A DNA stretch of 64,000 bases from Octopus vulgaris (taxonomy: Eukaryota), in contig OX597819.1 of assembly GCA_951406725.2 (NCBI GenBank), positions 93,806,001 to 93,870,000 of the forward strand, given 5' to 3'. Positions 43,197 through 56,965 of the stretch are shown here, piece by piece. Within the stretch, counting starts at the first letter, position 1, and the number at the start of each line of letters is the position of its first letter. The translations under genes and the position numbers were made by a program. The notes below the pieces were generated by a model. The model searched no databases, had not been told where the DNA came from, and saw only the letters and a program-made list of their open reading frames with translations.

Positions 43197-44514
43197 ATGG
43201 ATAAAATTCTGCTAAGCACGTTGCCCAACATGCCAGCCATTCTCCCAACTCGCTGCCTTACATATAATATATAATACAACTATTGAAAAGGTTGCAAGTC
43301 GTAACAAAAATTTTAGTAAAAATAAATGAGTAAATGAGTGGAAATCAGTGTGTATGTTAAATGAATGACTCTCCCCAGACACTATAAAATATGCTTCAAC
43401 ACGGGAATTCACATAAAGAATCTTGTAAACTAAATACAAAATCGAAATATAATTAAAATGAAGTAAAAAGTAACATAATAGCCTATGTTTTTTTAGTGAC
43501 TCAACCAAGATACAATTGTTTTAGTTAAAACCCACTCAATCTCACTAAATCACTTGCCAAATAAATAAAATCCAAGGAATTCATAGAATTACATCTATAT
43601 AAACCACTGACAGTGAAAGCTGCAAGAGAAAGAGATGATGTTTAAGAAATTCATGTTAAGCATAAGTCAGGTGTTGCAAACATCTGCATAAATGCTTCAT
43701 GTTATATCCATGGAAATATTTCAGATACCTTAAATTAAGAATAGTTGGGGACAATCTTTATGAGTAAATATTGCAATAAGTTGTAGAGAATCTTAAAAAT
43801 AGATGAAGTTTAAAAAGACTTCGTTTTCACTTAGTTTCTGGTGTTCCTTGATATATTCTTCATTTTGTGTTGAACAACTCACCTTCATTTAGCTGCACTA
43901 TGGTTCAGGCAGTTAAGAGAGATCTTATCAGCCAGCAGACCAGATATGGTGCGTTTCTCTGTTTCAGTCTCAGACTCTGTTGCACATTATGTGTTGAAAT
44001 ATTTAGTTGTTTCAGGTGCAATTTTAGCTTTCAAGGCATCGTTTTATCTTGGTTGCTATCCGACCTCTTTTGGTAGTGATGACTGCTGCTGCTGCTGCAG
44101 AAGCAGGTAATACAGAATAGTTTGAAACAGGCTAACTGTAATTTCCCTGAGATATATTTTAGGGTTTTGACATCCTAGCATTAAGATTGGTGTAGATAGA
44201 TAAATGATAGTGTGGTGTTTTATTTTTATGTGCATTTTGAAATTGCGTAGGTGAGATGAGCAGGAAATTGATTTTAGCATCATAGCCTAAACGTGTTTAT
44301 AAACACATTTTAATGACAGACTAAAATATAATGCAAAAATTAGTGAGTCATAGGCAATGTGTGAACTGAAACAGTAAACATTAACTGTATGTGTTTGCCT
44401 CACACCCACATGGTCCTGGGTTCAGTGGCACCTTGGGTAAGCGTCTTCGACTATAGCCTCAGGCCAACCAAAGCCTTGTCAGTGGATTTGATTGATGGAA
44501 ACTGAAAGAAGCCA

Positions 44515-44554
<40 letters not shown>

Positions 44555-45015
44555 GGGAATGTGCTTGCTTGTGTCTATTTGTCTTGACATCTTGTAATAG
44601 TTGTAAATGAATGTATGGACATCACTGTCACACAATAGTGTCGTTTATTTCTAATATTCAGCAAAGATAGTTCTGGCCATGAGGAAATATTTTGGTTGGA
44701 AACAGGTAAGGGCCGACAGCAGGAGGTGAATTATTCAAGCCCCAAAGAATCCCTCTCAACGCATGGCTATGATGCTCCCCCACTACTGCTCGTGATCAGA
44801 GATGTACATATCATCAGCCACTAAGGGACATGCTCAACTGGTTAAAGTCAAACAACTGACAAGCAAATCTGTGGTATTGAGCAGTATTTTTGCTGTAGCC
44901 AATCTTTTTTACCAAGACAAAACAATGTACATAACACTTCCAATCAGTTAAGATCAGAAGCCACAAGAGCCACTGCCTGGTTCTGCATCAAGGCACTTAT
45001 CATTATTATTATTAT

Positions 45016-45050
<35 letters not shown>

Positions 45051-46975
45051 TCATCATCATCATTATTATTAAGGCAGGGAGCTAGAAGAATCATTAATAT
45101 GCCAGGCAAAATGTTTAGTGGCATTTCATGTTCTGAGTTCAAATTCTGCTGAGGCCAACTTTGCCTGTCATTTTTTTCAAGGTTGATAAAATAAGTATAC
45201 CAAGCTGAGCACTTGGGGGTTGACATAATCAACTTACCCCTTCCCCTCAAATTTCTGGCCTTGTGCCAAAATTTGAAACCAATATGTGGTTGACTCTGTT
45301 CAACAGAAATCCTTAGACTTAGATGATTTATGCGTGGAGGTTACAGTTTGTTATTTCCAACATTTAACACACTGGCAGTTTAAATAACATACCTTACAAG
45401 ATGCTATCGTGGTTTCTTTATATGTTTATTTTGTTGGAGGCACCCTGAAAACTTGTGTGACATAAAAGAAATGCAAAGGTCCTTACTAGAGTAAACTTCA
45501 ATCATACAGGATTATTTGATATAGATTGAATGCTTTACAGCACTGAACTGAGCTTTGGTGCTACTAAAGTTTGTTGCCAGTTAAATTCCTGGAGGACGAT
45601 AGCAGATTAACAATTAGTAATACTCTTTCTCAGTATTCTTACTTGATTTCTAGAACATTTTAAAGTTCATGGGGAAAACCACATCCACTTTCACAGCAGC
45701 TTTTCTTGAGGCAGTGCACTTCAACTAATTATATGCATAAATGTTAATCTTAATAAAATAAGAATTTATTATTTTATTTTAATCTTTTTTGGGGGGGTCG
45801 TATTTGATAGCTTTACAAAGATATTTGCTTCTCTCACCATGAACTTTGAGCAGTCAAAAAAGAAAGTAAGGGTTTTATCAAATAGGCCTTTGTTTGAAAT
45901 TTATTTTTGTTCTTTAAGAATAATACAGAAAGAAAAATTGCTTAAAAGACATTTTCATTTATTTCATCTGTAAAACCATTGCTAATTCCTTCTCATTCAT
46001 GTTCTCAAATCTAATTTAAATACCTCTTCATATGAGAAATTATGATAATTAGTTCTGTATTTTAATTTCTAAATTTCCAATTTAAGTACAAGTTCAGAAA
46101 TTTTAGAGAAAAAAAGCATTCAATTATAATAACCCCCAGTATGTGACTGCTATTTACTTTATGGAACCACAGAGATTAGTTTCTTATGATGTATTTCCAA
46201 CATTAAATTTCTTTCCACCTGTCTTGGAGGGCCTTGAAAAGGTCATAGACACTGACCTTTGTCTTACAAGTGCCAGAGGCTTTGAAAAAGTCATGGCCAT
46301 CATATTTTTACTTCTAACATAATCATGTAAAAAAAAAAATAATAAAATCTGTTTTCAAATCTTATTGAAAACCAGTTAAAAGATTTCCCCATCTTTTTCT
46401 GCCAGAAATCCTTTTGGTATAAAGCTTAGTATTAAAGGAGGATACATAGCTTGCTTTCCAACTTTTTCCTTCGGCCCCAGAGCATGTCACCTTGTCTTCT
46501 ACTAACAGCTCGATCTGACCAAAGCTTTGTGAATGAGTCTGATAGATGGAAACTGAAAGAATCCTATTGTGTATGCATGTGTGTGTGTGTATATTTCTGC
46601 TTAAAAATATATGTAAGATCTGCAGTAGAGTTTGTGTGTCAAGAGCAGGACTTGCAAGTCATATAAGATCTCATGACAGTATTTATTAATTGAAGATCAG
46701 AAGTTGTGGGAGCAACTGCTTGGTACTGCATCAGGGCATTATTATCATCATCATCATCAAAGCAGCAAGCTGATAAAATCGTTTGCATGCCAGACAAAAT
46801 GCTTAGCAGTATTTCATCCATCTTCACATTCTGAGTACAAATTCTGCCGAGGTCAACTTTGCCTTTTGAGACCGATAAGTTAAGTACTAGTTCAACCCTG
46901 GGGTCAATGTACTCGACTATCCCCCTCCCCTCCCCCTGCCCCCAAATTTCAGGCCTTGTGCCTGTAACAGAAAAG

Positions 46976-47010
<35 letters not shown>

Positions 47011-48030
47011 GCTTATGTTTTTTTTATTATATAAATACCCAGCATTTATAAAGATAGGAAGATCAGGGATATATATTTTTTTGCGCATATATACAGATTT
47101 AGATATCTAAGAAGCATAATTTTATATATATATAAACTTTAATGTGTTTTTACTAACATTGTTATTTGCATAGCCTATTTTATTTTGCATTAGAATTACA
47201 TATTGCCATTGAATGTGATTATATGGACATATATAGCTTCGTTTTTAAGTAACTATTTCTGTTTATCCTTATTCATTTTCAAAATATGTTTTATGAGGTT
47301 ATAGAAATACTATTGTTATAAATTTAAATAAATATATACATTATATCCAACAATGCATGTGTGTATGTGTGTCTGTGTGTTTATGCATGTATATATGCAC
47401 ATATATGTATGCGTGTGTGTACTTTTATTATCAATCTACATAAATGCAGGTACCAATAATGTATATCTATAAATACATATATACATATATATATACATAT
47501 ATATATATATATACATACATACACATGCACACACACACACACACATATATACACACATATACACTTTTCTTATAAATCTTCATAAAAACATGTGTGATAT
47601 CAAACAGTGTGTGTGTGTGTGTGTGTGTATGAGTTTAAGTGATTATTTATGCTATTTATTTTATATAGTACAACAAGAATATTGTTATTGTGATATTAAA
47701 ATAATATTCAGATGTTCTTGTTATATCTAAATGCACACACTGATACATGTTGCTTTTTGTGTGTCAAAACCATATTTACTATAAGTCTTAAGTATGCATA
47801 CACTAATTGTTATATATCTGTGAAAGCTGTGCAGCAAATACACACACTCTCTCACATATATACACACACTTATTCATTTCTGATTACACATAATTATGAT
47901 GAGAGAAAACAAACTACATACTTATTACTCACATGTAAGTATATGATTTTGAATATATACATACAAAAGTATACGCACAGACACACATATATGCAAATAC
48001 ACACATACATACATATGTATATATATATGT

Positions 48031-48071
<41 letters not shown>

Positions 48072-48104
48072 GTGTATACATGTGCGTGTGTGTGTATATA
48101 TATG

Positions 48105-48148
<44 letters not shown>

Positions 48149-48392
48149 TATGTAATATGTATTTACATGAATATATATAACATATAGTTTTAAAATTTAC
48201 TATTTCATCTGAAAAGCTTGCTATGTCAATATAATCACTCATGTTATTATCTAAATGTACATACTTGCATGTTGAATTAAGAAAAATGAAAAAAAGATAT
48301 CATAATAACAAAGCATTTAGTAGAAACGTTTTCGCTGTGTTCTGCTACACATACTTATTGTCTCTTTTTCTTCTTTTTTCTTTTCTTTCCAG

Positions 48393-48564
48393 GTATGCGG
48401 ATATTGGTGATGCTGTTGCTCGACACACTCCCCATGTTGGGAAATGTACTTCTGCTTTGTTTTTTTGTATTTTTTATTTTTGGAATTATTGGTGTACAGT
48501 TATGGGCTGGTGTGCTCCGAAATCGTTGTTTCTTAAACCTTAGTGCAAATATATCGGTTCCTTC
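48393..48564 (+). CDS. Cav3 (CACNA1G/H/I ortholog): Internal exon of voltage-dependent T-type calcium channel alpha-1 subunit (Cav3), domain I S4-S5 linker, S5 and start of extracellular turret
   Basis: A long polypyrimidine tract and ccag acceptor (AG at 48391-48392) precede it and a gtaagt donor follows (48565). Manual translation, phase 1 in and phase 2 out: (S)[56 protein letters not shown](S). This is near-identical to the vertebrate Cav3 segment [47 protein letters not shown]. The supplied ORF 48241..48543 is in a different frame. Confidence 0.97.
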
Positions 48565-48900
48565 GTAAGTACTTTTACTTTTACTCTTTCGTTTCTATAT
48601 TTTTTTTTTCACAAAATTACTCTCTCTTTTCATTTTCATTTTGTTTGTCTCATCATGATTTTCTTTATCATTATTTTTGCCTTTAAATGTAGATCTTTAT
48701 TACATTCTCAGAATACCACTGAAAAATATGCTTCAATTCCTTTCCATTCTATGACACAATCAAAATAAGCACAGGTATTGTGTGTAGTAAGAAGTTTGCT
48801 TCTCAACCACATGGTTCTGGGTCCAGTTTTACTCTGTTTCATCTTGGAGAAGTGTCTTCTATTACAGCCTTGAGCCAACCAAAGCCTCATGAGTGGATGT

Positions 48901-49330
48901 AATATAATATAATGAAATTATTGTATACAGTGCTCAGGTGTACTACACCTTGTCAGGAAATGCGTATAAAGTATATGCAGTAATGTACAAATGTCTGGAA
49001 AGCGAACAATGAGTCAGATACATGCTTGTGTGTGTATGGAGGGGAGGAAATCAGGTGTAGTGTTGGCGAATCTCAGAAAGCATGGAAGTTTTGAAGGATG
49101 CAGTGCTCCGACAACTAACAATTGATGCCGGCAATTTGTTCCATGCTTCAGCAACTCTCAGCGTGAAAAATTGTTTCCTAAAGTCATGGGAGCTGTGCTG
49201 TTTTCTGACTTTGTAAACATGTCCACGAATGTTAGACAGGTGGAGTTTGAAAAGGTGCTAAGAGTTATTGTTTGTAAGATGGTTAATAATTTTATGGGTG
49301 TCTGCCAAGTCAGCTGCCAGATGTCAGAGT
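48901..49330 (-). mobile_element. CR1-like LINE 3' end inserted into a SINE
   Basis: RGHVYKVRKQHSSHDFRKQFFTLRVAEAWNKLPASIVSCRSTASFK, with an AT-rich short-repeat tail at ~48901-48922. It splits a SINE (48770-48897 / ~49370-49400). Confidence 0.8.
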
Positions 49331-49422
49331 TTCAATGTGTCCATGCCCAGGGAAGTAAGGCGTTCAGATATGATAGAAGGAAACTGAAAGAAGCCCATCA
49401 TATATATATGTGCATATATCCA

Positions 49423-49703
49423 TAGTATGGAGGTTTAGTTCACAGGTGATCTAAATGATTAGGTATGTTAGGTAAGTACTGTAACGGATTACTACGGCTC
49501 CAAGATTACAGCCGAGACAGTAGTTATGGAGCCATTGCAGATTTCCAATTCAGCGGATATATAATTGTTAAAGAACACCACAAACATTAAGGCAAGACAA
49601 ACATCTCATTATTACTATAGGAAGTTTTTTCCAAAATAATACTGTATACAACTTGAGATGTTTGCCTTGCCTTAATGTTTGTTGTCCTCTTTAACAATTA
49701 TAT
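49423..49703. mobile_element. Second copy of the 13.9-kb PLE-type repeat, in inverted (fold-back) configuration
   Basis: 49423-49608 is the reverse complement of ~13950-14133, and 49621-49703 is a direct copy of ~13916-14000. Together they form a ~50-bp-arm inverted repeat. Confidence 0.65.
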
Positions 49704-49715
49704 GTATATATAAAG

Positions 49716-50372
49716 GGGTATGACAAAATAATGGAAACGCCTAAAAATTTCAAACAAATTTATTTTAATATGGGATAGGACCACCTTTGGCAGTAATTAC
49801 AGCTTGAATTCTACAAGGTATGGACTCGTACAAAGTTTAAATTATTTCCAAAGGAATCTTTGTCCATTCTTCAACTAAAACAGTCTCCAGTTCTTGTGTG
49901 TTGACGGTGGAGGATATCGCCTCCTTACTTATTTTTCTAAAATGCACCAGAAATGTTCAATAATATTGAGATCTGGGGTCTGTGGTGGCCAGATAAGATG
50001 TTCAATTTCACTAGAGTGTTCCTCATACTATTCAGTAACAACTTTAACTGTGTGAATTGGTGCATTATCATCCTGAAAGACTGCATTTCCCTCCGGAAAC
50101 AGTTCTGCAACCATAGGATAAATTTGATCTGAAAAAATGCATATATAGTCTTGACTATTAATTCTGCCATGAAGGGAAACCATTCGGCTGGTGGATTTCC
50201 AAGATATAGCCCCCCTCCCCAGATCATCACAGATCCTCTTCCATGTTTAACAGTTGGATGAAGGCAGTCTGGGTCAAATACTTCTTTTGGCTGTCTCCAC
50301 ATGTATACTCTAACTGGTGGTCGGAAATAAAGGAAAGGATGATTCATCCAAGAAAATAACATTCTTCCACTT
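49716..50372 (-). mobile_element. Tc1-like (DD34E) transposon 3' fragment
   Basis: Minus-strand remnants WRQPKEVFDPDCLHPTVKHGRGSVMIWG, FQDDNAPIHT and WPPQTPDLNIIEHFW. Truncated next to a SINE at ~50374. Confidence 0.88.
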
Positions 50373-51861
50373 AGTTATGGGGATGTAAACACACCAGCAT
50401 TAAATGTCAAGTGGCGTGGTGGTGGTAGGGGAGGGGACAAATACAGCCACAAAGACACACACATATAGATATATACATATATACAACGTGCTTCTTTCAG
50501 TTTCCATCTACCAAATCTACTCACAAGGCTTTGGTCAGCCCAAGACTCTAATAGAAGACATTTGCCCAAGGTGCCAAGCAGTGAGACTGAATCCAAAAAT
50601 TTGTGGTTGAGAAGCAAGTTTCTTACCACACAGCCAAACCTGTGCCTATGCATATATTTATACAAATTAATGTAGGCATACCACAACTTAAGTTGGGAAC
50701 TGGAAAAATAAAAAATGAAGTAACACAACAACAAAAATTGTAAACATTTATTAGCTTATCTCTGTTTTAATAAATAGTTTGTACATATTTTCACATGTAT
50801 TTGATTTGATTTTACACTTCAGTATTGGCTTTTTAGGGTTTCCTTTTCTTTTTTTTTATTTTTATGCTTCTAAATGTTTGCTGAGACTGAAATAAATTTG
50901 GATAAATCAATTGAAGTTAAGGTTTAGTTTTTTTTTTCTTTTCCATTCATTTCTTTAAAAAGAAAACTGACATAAAGTCAAAAAATATATAACTTGAATT
51001 GCTGGAAGTTGAAATATGCCAGTACATTGAACTGGCATCTGCACAAAAACATCAACTGACATCTCTCTCAATCCACACCTACTCAACATACTTGATAGGT
51101 AGGGTCTGGCTGGAGTGAAATTTGGCTGCTATTTCTAGTAAACCTAGCAATCCACTTCGAGTCTCTGCCAGTGATTTAGTAGTTAAGTGTTATAGGTGTT
51201 ATAAGAAGAATGTTTTGTCTGCTATATCACATAAGTTGATACACTTAGCTTGAAGAATAAGGAAACTGTTAGTATTTCTGTTGTTTTACATTTTCAAATG
51301 TTTCTTTTGTTTCAGTAATTTTTTATAAGGCTTCCTCCTCCTAATTATCATCATCATTACCATCATCATCACTACAATATTGTCATCATAGTCATTATTT
51401 TCTTATCTAATTTTGTATATATTTATGTGTATATATAAAGTACCCTCCCAACTACTCTTTGTAAGTCCATGGAGGGGTATCAATGTAAATTAATATGTTT
51501 TACTATTATAACAAGTATTCACATATTTTCTTATCTTCTCATCATGTTTGCGAACTGTTATATTTTGTATTACATCTTATTGGAGGACAGTTAATATTTT
51601 CTTTTAAAGGATTTTCAAAATGTATTAGTTAATATTTTCCATCATCTTTACATAGTATAGACACATACACACATATATGCATGCGCACATCCAATCACAC
51701 ACACACACACACACTAACATGAACAGACAAAGAGGCAGGCTGATATGCATGCAAACAGACTCACATGTTATACACATACAAACGATCATGCAGAAACACA
51801 TTTGCATGTATACTAATAAAAGAAAAACAACTAATAGAAGAAATACACACATGAATTCACA

Positions 51862-52205
51862 AGGTGCAGGAGTGGCTGTGTGGTAAGTAGCTTGCTAACC
51901 AACCACATGGTTCAGAGTTCAGTCCCACTGCGTGGCATCTTGGGCAAGTGTCTTCTGCTATAGCCCCGGGTCGACCAATGCCTTGTGAGTGGATTTGGTA
52001 GACGGAAACTGAAAGAAGCCTGTCGTATATATGTATATATATATATGTGTGTGTATATGTGTTTGTGTGTCTGTGTTTGTCCCCCTAGCATTGCTTAACA
52101 ACCGATGCTGGTGTGTTTATGTCCCCGTCACTTAGCGGTTCGGCAAAAGAGACCGATAGAATAAGTACTGGGCTTACAAAGAATAAGTCCTGGGGTCGAT
52201 TTGCA
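51862..52205 (+). mobile_element. SINE family A, 3'-truncated
   Basis: Near-identical to 58202-58545. Confidence 0.88.
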
Positions 52206-53069
52206 CAACAAATGCAAGCCCACACACATGCTGTACTATATGTTTGCACACACAAGCTAGTGTACCCATATTCTCACATGTGTGCACACACACACATACA
52301 CACATAGACATATCCATGTTTACAAATATATAAACATATATGCACACATATACTTGCACATATAATCTCTCAGTCACATGTTCATACATGCTTAATCTCA
52401 CATGCTCACACATGCACACACACACACATACACACACACATACACACATGCGCATTATTAATAGATAGCAAATGCAAAAGGAAGAAAATAACCATTTTTA
52501 AACTGATATATGTTTTTTATTCAAGTTAGTAATACGAAATCTCTTCTTTAAAATCATTTCATATGACAAACACAGCAAAGATTTCTTTTTAAATTTAGAA
52601 ATCAACTAGTTTCTATGAAAGATTATTTTACCACTTTTGGAAAAGATCCTGAATTATGATTTCTAATAATTCAGTTTTGAGACACAAAGTGTTTTCTTAT
52701 TTGTTTTGTAAATGTTTGGCACAAAGCTGCTTTCATTTCCTTTCTGTAGCATTCTCTATTTGGCCAGCAATGCCATCTAGTTTTAGCGATTCTATCTTAC
52801 ATCTTGGGGTATTATCTGCAAAGATAAGCTCCTAGCTGGAAAAATAAATAATGAAATCTTTCTTGAAAATGTTCATTTATTTATTTGTTGTAGAGAATTA
52901 GTTTATTGAGGAAGACAGTAAGAAAGAAAGGAATGTTTTACTTACATTTTTATTCCTGCATTTGTTTGATTTCGTTTATATACCTTCAGGATGAATAATA
53001 CTCCAACTTCCTCCATTGACAGTTTTAAGCAGTTTCATCTACACACACACATACACACATATATATATA

Positions 53070-53121
<52 letters not shown>

Positions 53122-54946
53122 TATATACATATATATATATACATATATATACACATATATATACATATACATATGTGTGTGTGTGTGTGTGCATGTGTAG
53201 TTTTTGTAGATACATTGTATCATTTTGTATATATATATATTTGTATATGTATGGATATCATATACATATTTGTATACAAAATGCAATGGTGTTCTTACTG
53301 TTAACAAGTATTGTTATCTAAGCCAAAAAGAATGCTTTTGCAACAATTTCATCTTGTGTGTATGTGTGTGTGTGTGTGTTTGTGTGCGTGTGCATGTTTG
53401 TGCATGTGTGTGTAACCTTCACTTTTAACTACGCAAATAGTTTCTTCTGATATGTTAAGGCCCACAAACACACAAATGCTTACTCTTGCACATACATGCA
53501 TACACACACACATAAATATATATGTATGTATGTGTGTGTGTGTGTGCGTGTGTGTATATATGTACTTGCTTTACAATTCAAAGATTTTAGTAACATGCTC
53601 AAAACCATTCAGATCATAGATTATATGTAAAGACTTTGTATTAATTAATTTTCTTCATATTTGCATATTTAGATGTATTTAAACATCTAAGTGGATGTAT
53701 GTGTCCCCATCTCTGTTTTTTTTTTTTTCATCTTGTACTCCAGTGGCCTCTACTCTGCAGAGATAGCAGAATATATGTCACACTTTCATATACAAATACT
53801 TTAGAATCTCTCATCCTCTCATCATCCATATTTTACCTACCATCTACCACCAGTCCTTACATTGATCACTTCATCTAGTGGTTCCACCACAGAACAGTAT
53901 CCCATTTGGAATTTCCTCCCTCCCCTTGTTTTTCCTGCAACCATCAACTTGTACTTTGTTCAAGAGAAGCATTAACTGTATTAGTTGCACCAATCTTGCA
54001 AGCCCTATGAAGGATACTGCTCCTTTGCTCTAGATGAAACTGTAGTATAAAAAAAATACACTCACACACATAATGAAACTATTTTCTATGGATTTGCTAG
54101 TAAGGCAGTGAATACATGATATGTCAGGTTAACGACCAATCAGTTTATTGATTCAATCAGAAAGTTACAGCTGCCATTAGTCTGTATTTTCCCTTGGTTG
54201 GAACTCTTCCAGATATTTCAAAGCAAACAAACAAAAACCACCTCTTTCCCCTGGTTTAAAGATCTTCCTTTTCTGATTTCATCTTCTGCTTTCCAAACAT
54301 GTACAAATAGATTTATTTGTCTTCATAAATAGTTCACTAAACACAATATTGTTTTGTAATTAAACAAAGAAAATGATCTAACTTCTACTTAGAAACTTTA
54401 TCACATTTTATATCTTTTAAATTATACATTTGATTTACGTATTAAACTTGAGAAAGCAATTGAGTGGTAATAAGAAGTAGAAATTAAAATATTATAACAC
54501 AGTGTAAGCAAGAGAATTGCTTTCATTCATTTAGATATAGAATGCACATTATTAAAAGAAAAAAAGCTGATAAAAGAAGGCGATATATTGGCTTTACAGC
54601 CTGTCTGTGATGGCATAGGGACAACTAACATTATGCCAGGAGTCCACCCATAGCATTGAAGAAAAGGATATTTGCTGCAGTTAAGATTGCATCTACAGAC
54701 ATCATTGAACTGATAATGAATGCATCTTAACAGTCTGTAGTTATTCTTATCCAACACTCAATAAAAGGAAAATGCGCTCGAATAGAAGTGATAAAATCTT
54801 TAAAATTTCATGTGAGAAGAAAGTGGTTTTTTGAGATACTCTGTTTTTCTTTCAATTACTTTAAATATAACCAAGAATTTAGTAAAATAACTTAGTTATC
54901 ATTCAGCTAGTGTTAGGAACATAAATTGTGGTAACAAAAGGGTTAA

Positions 54947-55166
54947 CCCTTTTGTTATCAACCCGGCTGAAACCGGCTCTGGCTCTATGTACAAATGTCT
55001 TGTTTTCATAAGTTTTGAATTAAAATCTTCCACCAAATCTTAGTCACAATTTATGTTCCTAACACTAGCTGAATGATAACTAAGTTATTTTACTAAATTC
55101 TTGGTTATATTTAAAGTAATTGAAAGAAAAACAGAGTATCTCAAAATAAATACAGTAATGACAGGG
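54947..55166. mobile_element. piggyBac-type (TTAA) MITE
   Basis: TTAA|CCCT...AGGG|TTAA termini; second copy in the opposite orientation at ~62104-62313. Confidence 0.75.
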
Positions 55167-56965
55167 TTAAATCCAAAGAACAAAACAGTATTTTAGTATA
55201 AGGTACATGATTATTACTTAGTTATATTAAAGATTTCTTATTTCTTTTAAGCACACATTCACTTCCATTTTCTTATGCATTTGTAATTTACTCTGACACT
55301 AAAAAAAGTTTCCTAATGAAAAGGTCAGCCTTAGATTTGCACTTCAACTCATATTATGAGACACTGGTGTTTTCAAAGCTTCTTTTCATCGATATGAGAT
55401 CCTCTTCTAATGCACTACCATCCAAAGGTCCACTGTCTAGCATTCACTCCTATTCTTCCACTATTCATTCTGGTTCTTTGCTGAACTCAGAAGTGTTGAA
55501 ATCCAGCCACTGTCTGCATGACTGATTGACTTCAACTATCGTCTGATTTAACACTACCATCTCACATCTCTTCTCTGTAGCATGCATTCAAGGCAACCCT
55601 CCGATTAGCGAATAACTTCCTCCTTCCCACACGTCTTCAGAGGCCCTGCGAAGGGTCAAGTCCATGGCCTTCCTAAAAAAATAATATTAAAGATACTATT
55701 GCATGAAGTGACCGACAGTCCTACCCAAACAGCACAGAAAAGTGGACATTAAAATGATGATGATGATTAAAGACACCTGACAAGCAAAAACAACATGAAT
55801 ATTATTTTTAGATTACATTTATTCTATACTTATCACTCAGCATGTGAGTTTTCAAAAAAAATTTAATCTTTGCTCTCTCTATATATTGAAAATAAAATAT
55901 TAATCTATTTTGTAATAAGAAATTATGTAAATTACAAAATGAAATATCGGAAAATGTATATATCAAAGAAAAATCTTTGAAGATAATAATGAAAAGCTCC
56001 TCAATCAAATTCTAATCCATCTATATGATAAGAGAAATGTCTTTATTGAACTTAGTATTAAATATTGATTTGTAGAAAGTCTATAGTACTAAATATTAAT
56101 TTAGTACATTGACACAAAGCCTATACATTCATAATGAAGAAACAGCTAATTATATCTTCCTTATTACTTGACCTGTACTTAATTTATCAACTTCAGAAGG
56201 ATAAAAGGTGAAGTTGAGCTTTGCAAGAATTGAACTCAGAGTATAATGAAGTACATTTTGTCCAATGTTTCTTAGTATTGACAGAAACCTCTGTAAAGAC
56301 AAAGACCCATCAACACCTTATACTTAATTATACATGACACAACAATGATGGACACAATATTGTGTCTAGTATTGCCAAATTCTTGTTTCATTATCTTTGC
56401 AGTTTAGTCAGAAAAAGATATAGTATCGCTTATAACAGTTTTTGTAACGCCCCTAAGACTGGAAGTTGTTGTTGTTGTTGTTGTTGTTCTTCTTCTTCTT
56501 CTTCTTCTTCTTCTTCTTTTTCTTCTTGGTTTAGCAGATCTATGATCAAAAGTCATTCTACGCATGACTATCCAGTCTTTTATGTCTAGAAAACTCACAC
56601 CTACATTATCTAATGTATTCTTGCTGAAAAGATAACAGAACATGACTTGAGAGAAATTAGGCTGCTATTCCTGGCAGATTGAGAAAAGGGAAGAAGAAGC
56701 AACAACTTATGAATTATACTCAGAGATAGCACTTTGCTCTCCTTTTAACTAAGTTTTCATGCACATTTTTAAATATTAGATTAAGAAACCCATGACTTAC
56801 TTTATTCTTGTTCTAGAAGTTCTGCTGTCCTTATAACTAAGTTACCATGAATTCTTTTATTTTTAAATAGGATTAAGAAATTTTCTCTGAGGTGTTCAGA
56901 ATTTGTGTGAGACCAGATTTTTGCACCCTGGGCTTTTTCCTAGTTTCCCCTAATGCACAGCACAT

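Noticed and set aside
48241-48543. Supplied 100-aa ORF overlapping the exon
   Set aside because: It is the wrong reading frame; the conserved Cav3 peptide is in another frame bounded by splice sites.
54527-54757. Cys-rich 76-aa minus-strand ORF
   Set aside because: Non-ATG start, no recognisable family, and no clear splice signals.
52990-56930. Acceptor-like sites at ~52989, 53743, 55580 and 56870 as the next Cav3 exon
   Set aside because: In the required phase they hit stops or microsatellite and lack the ICS..CVNWNQYY..FDNIG motifs.
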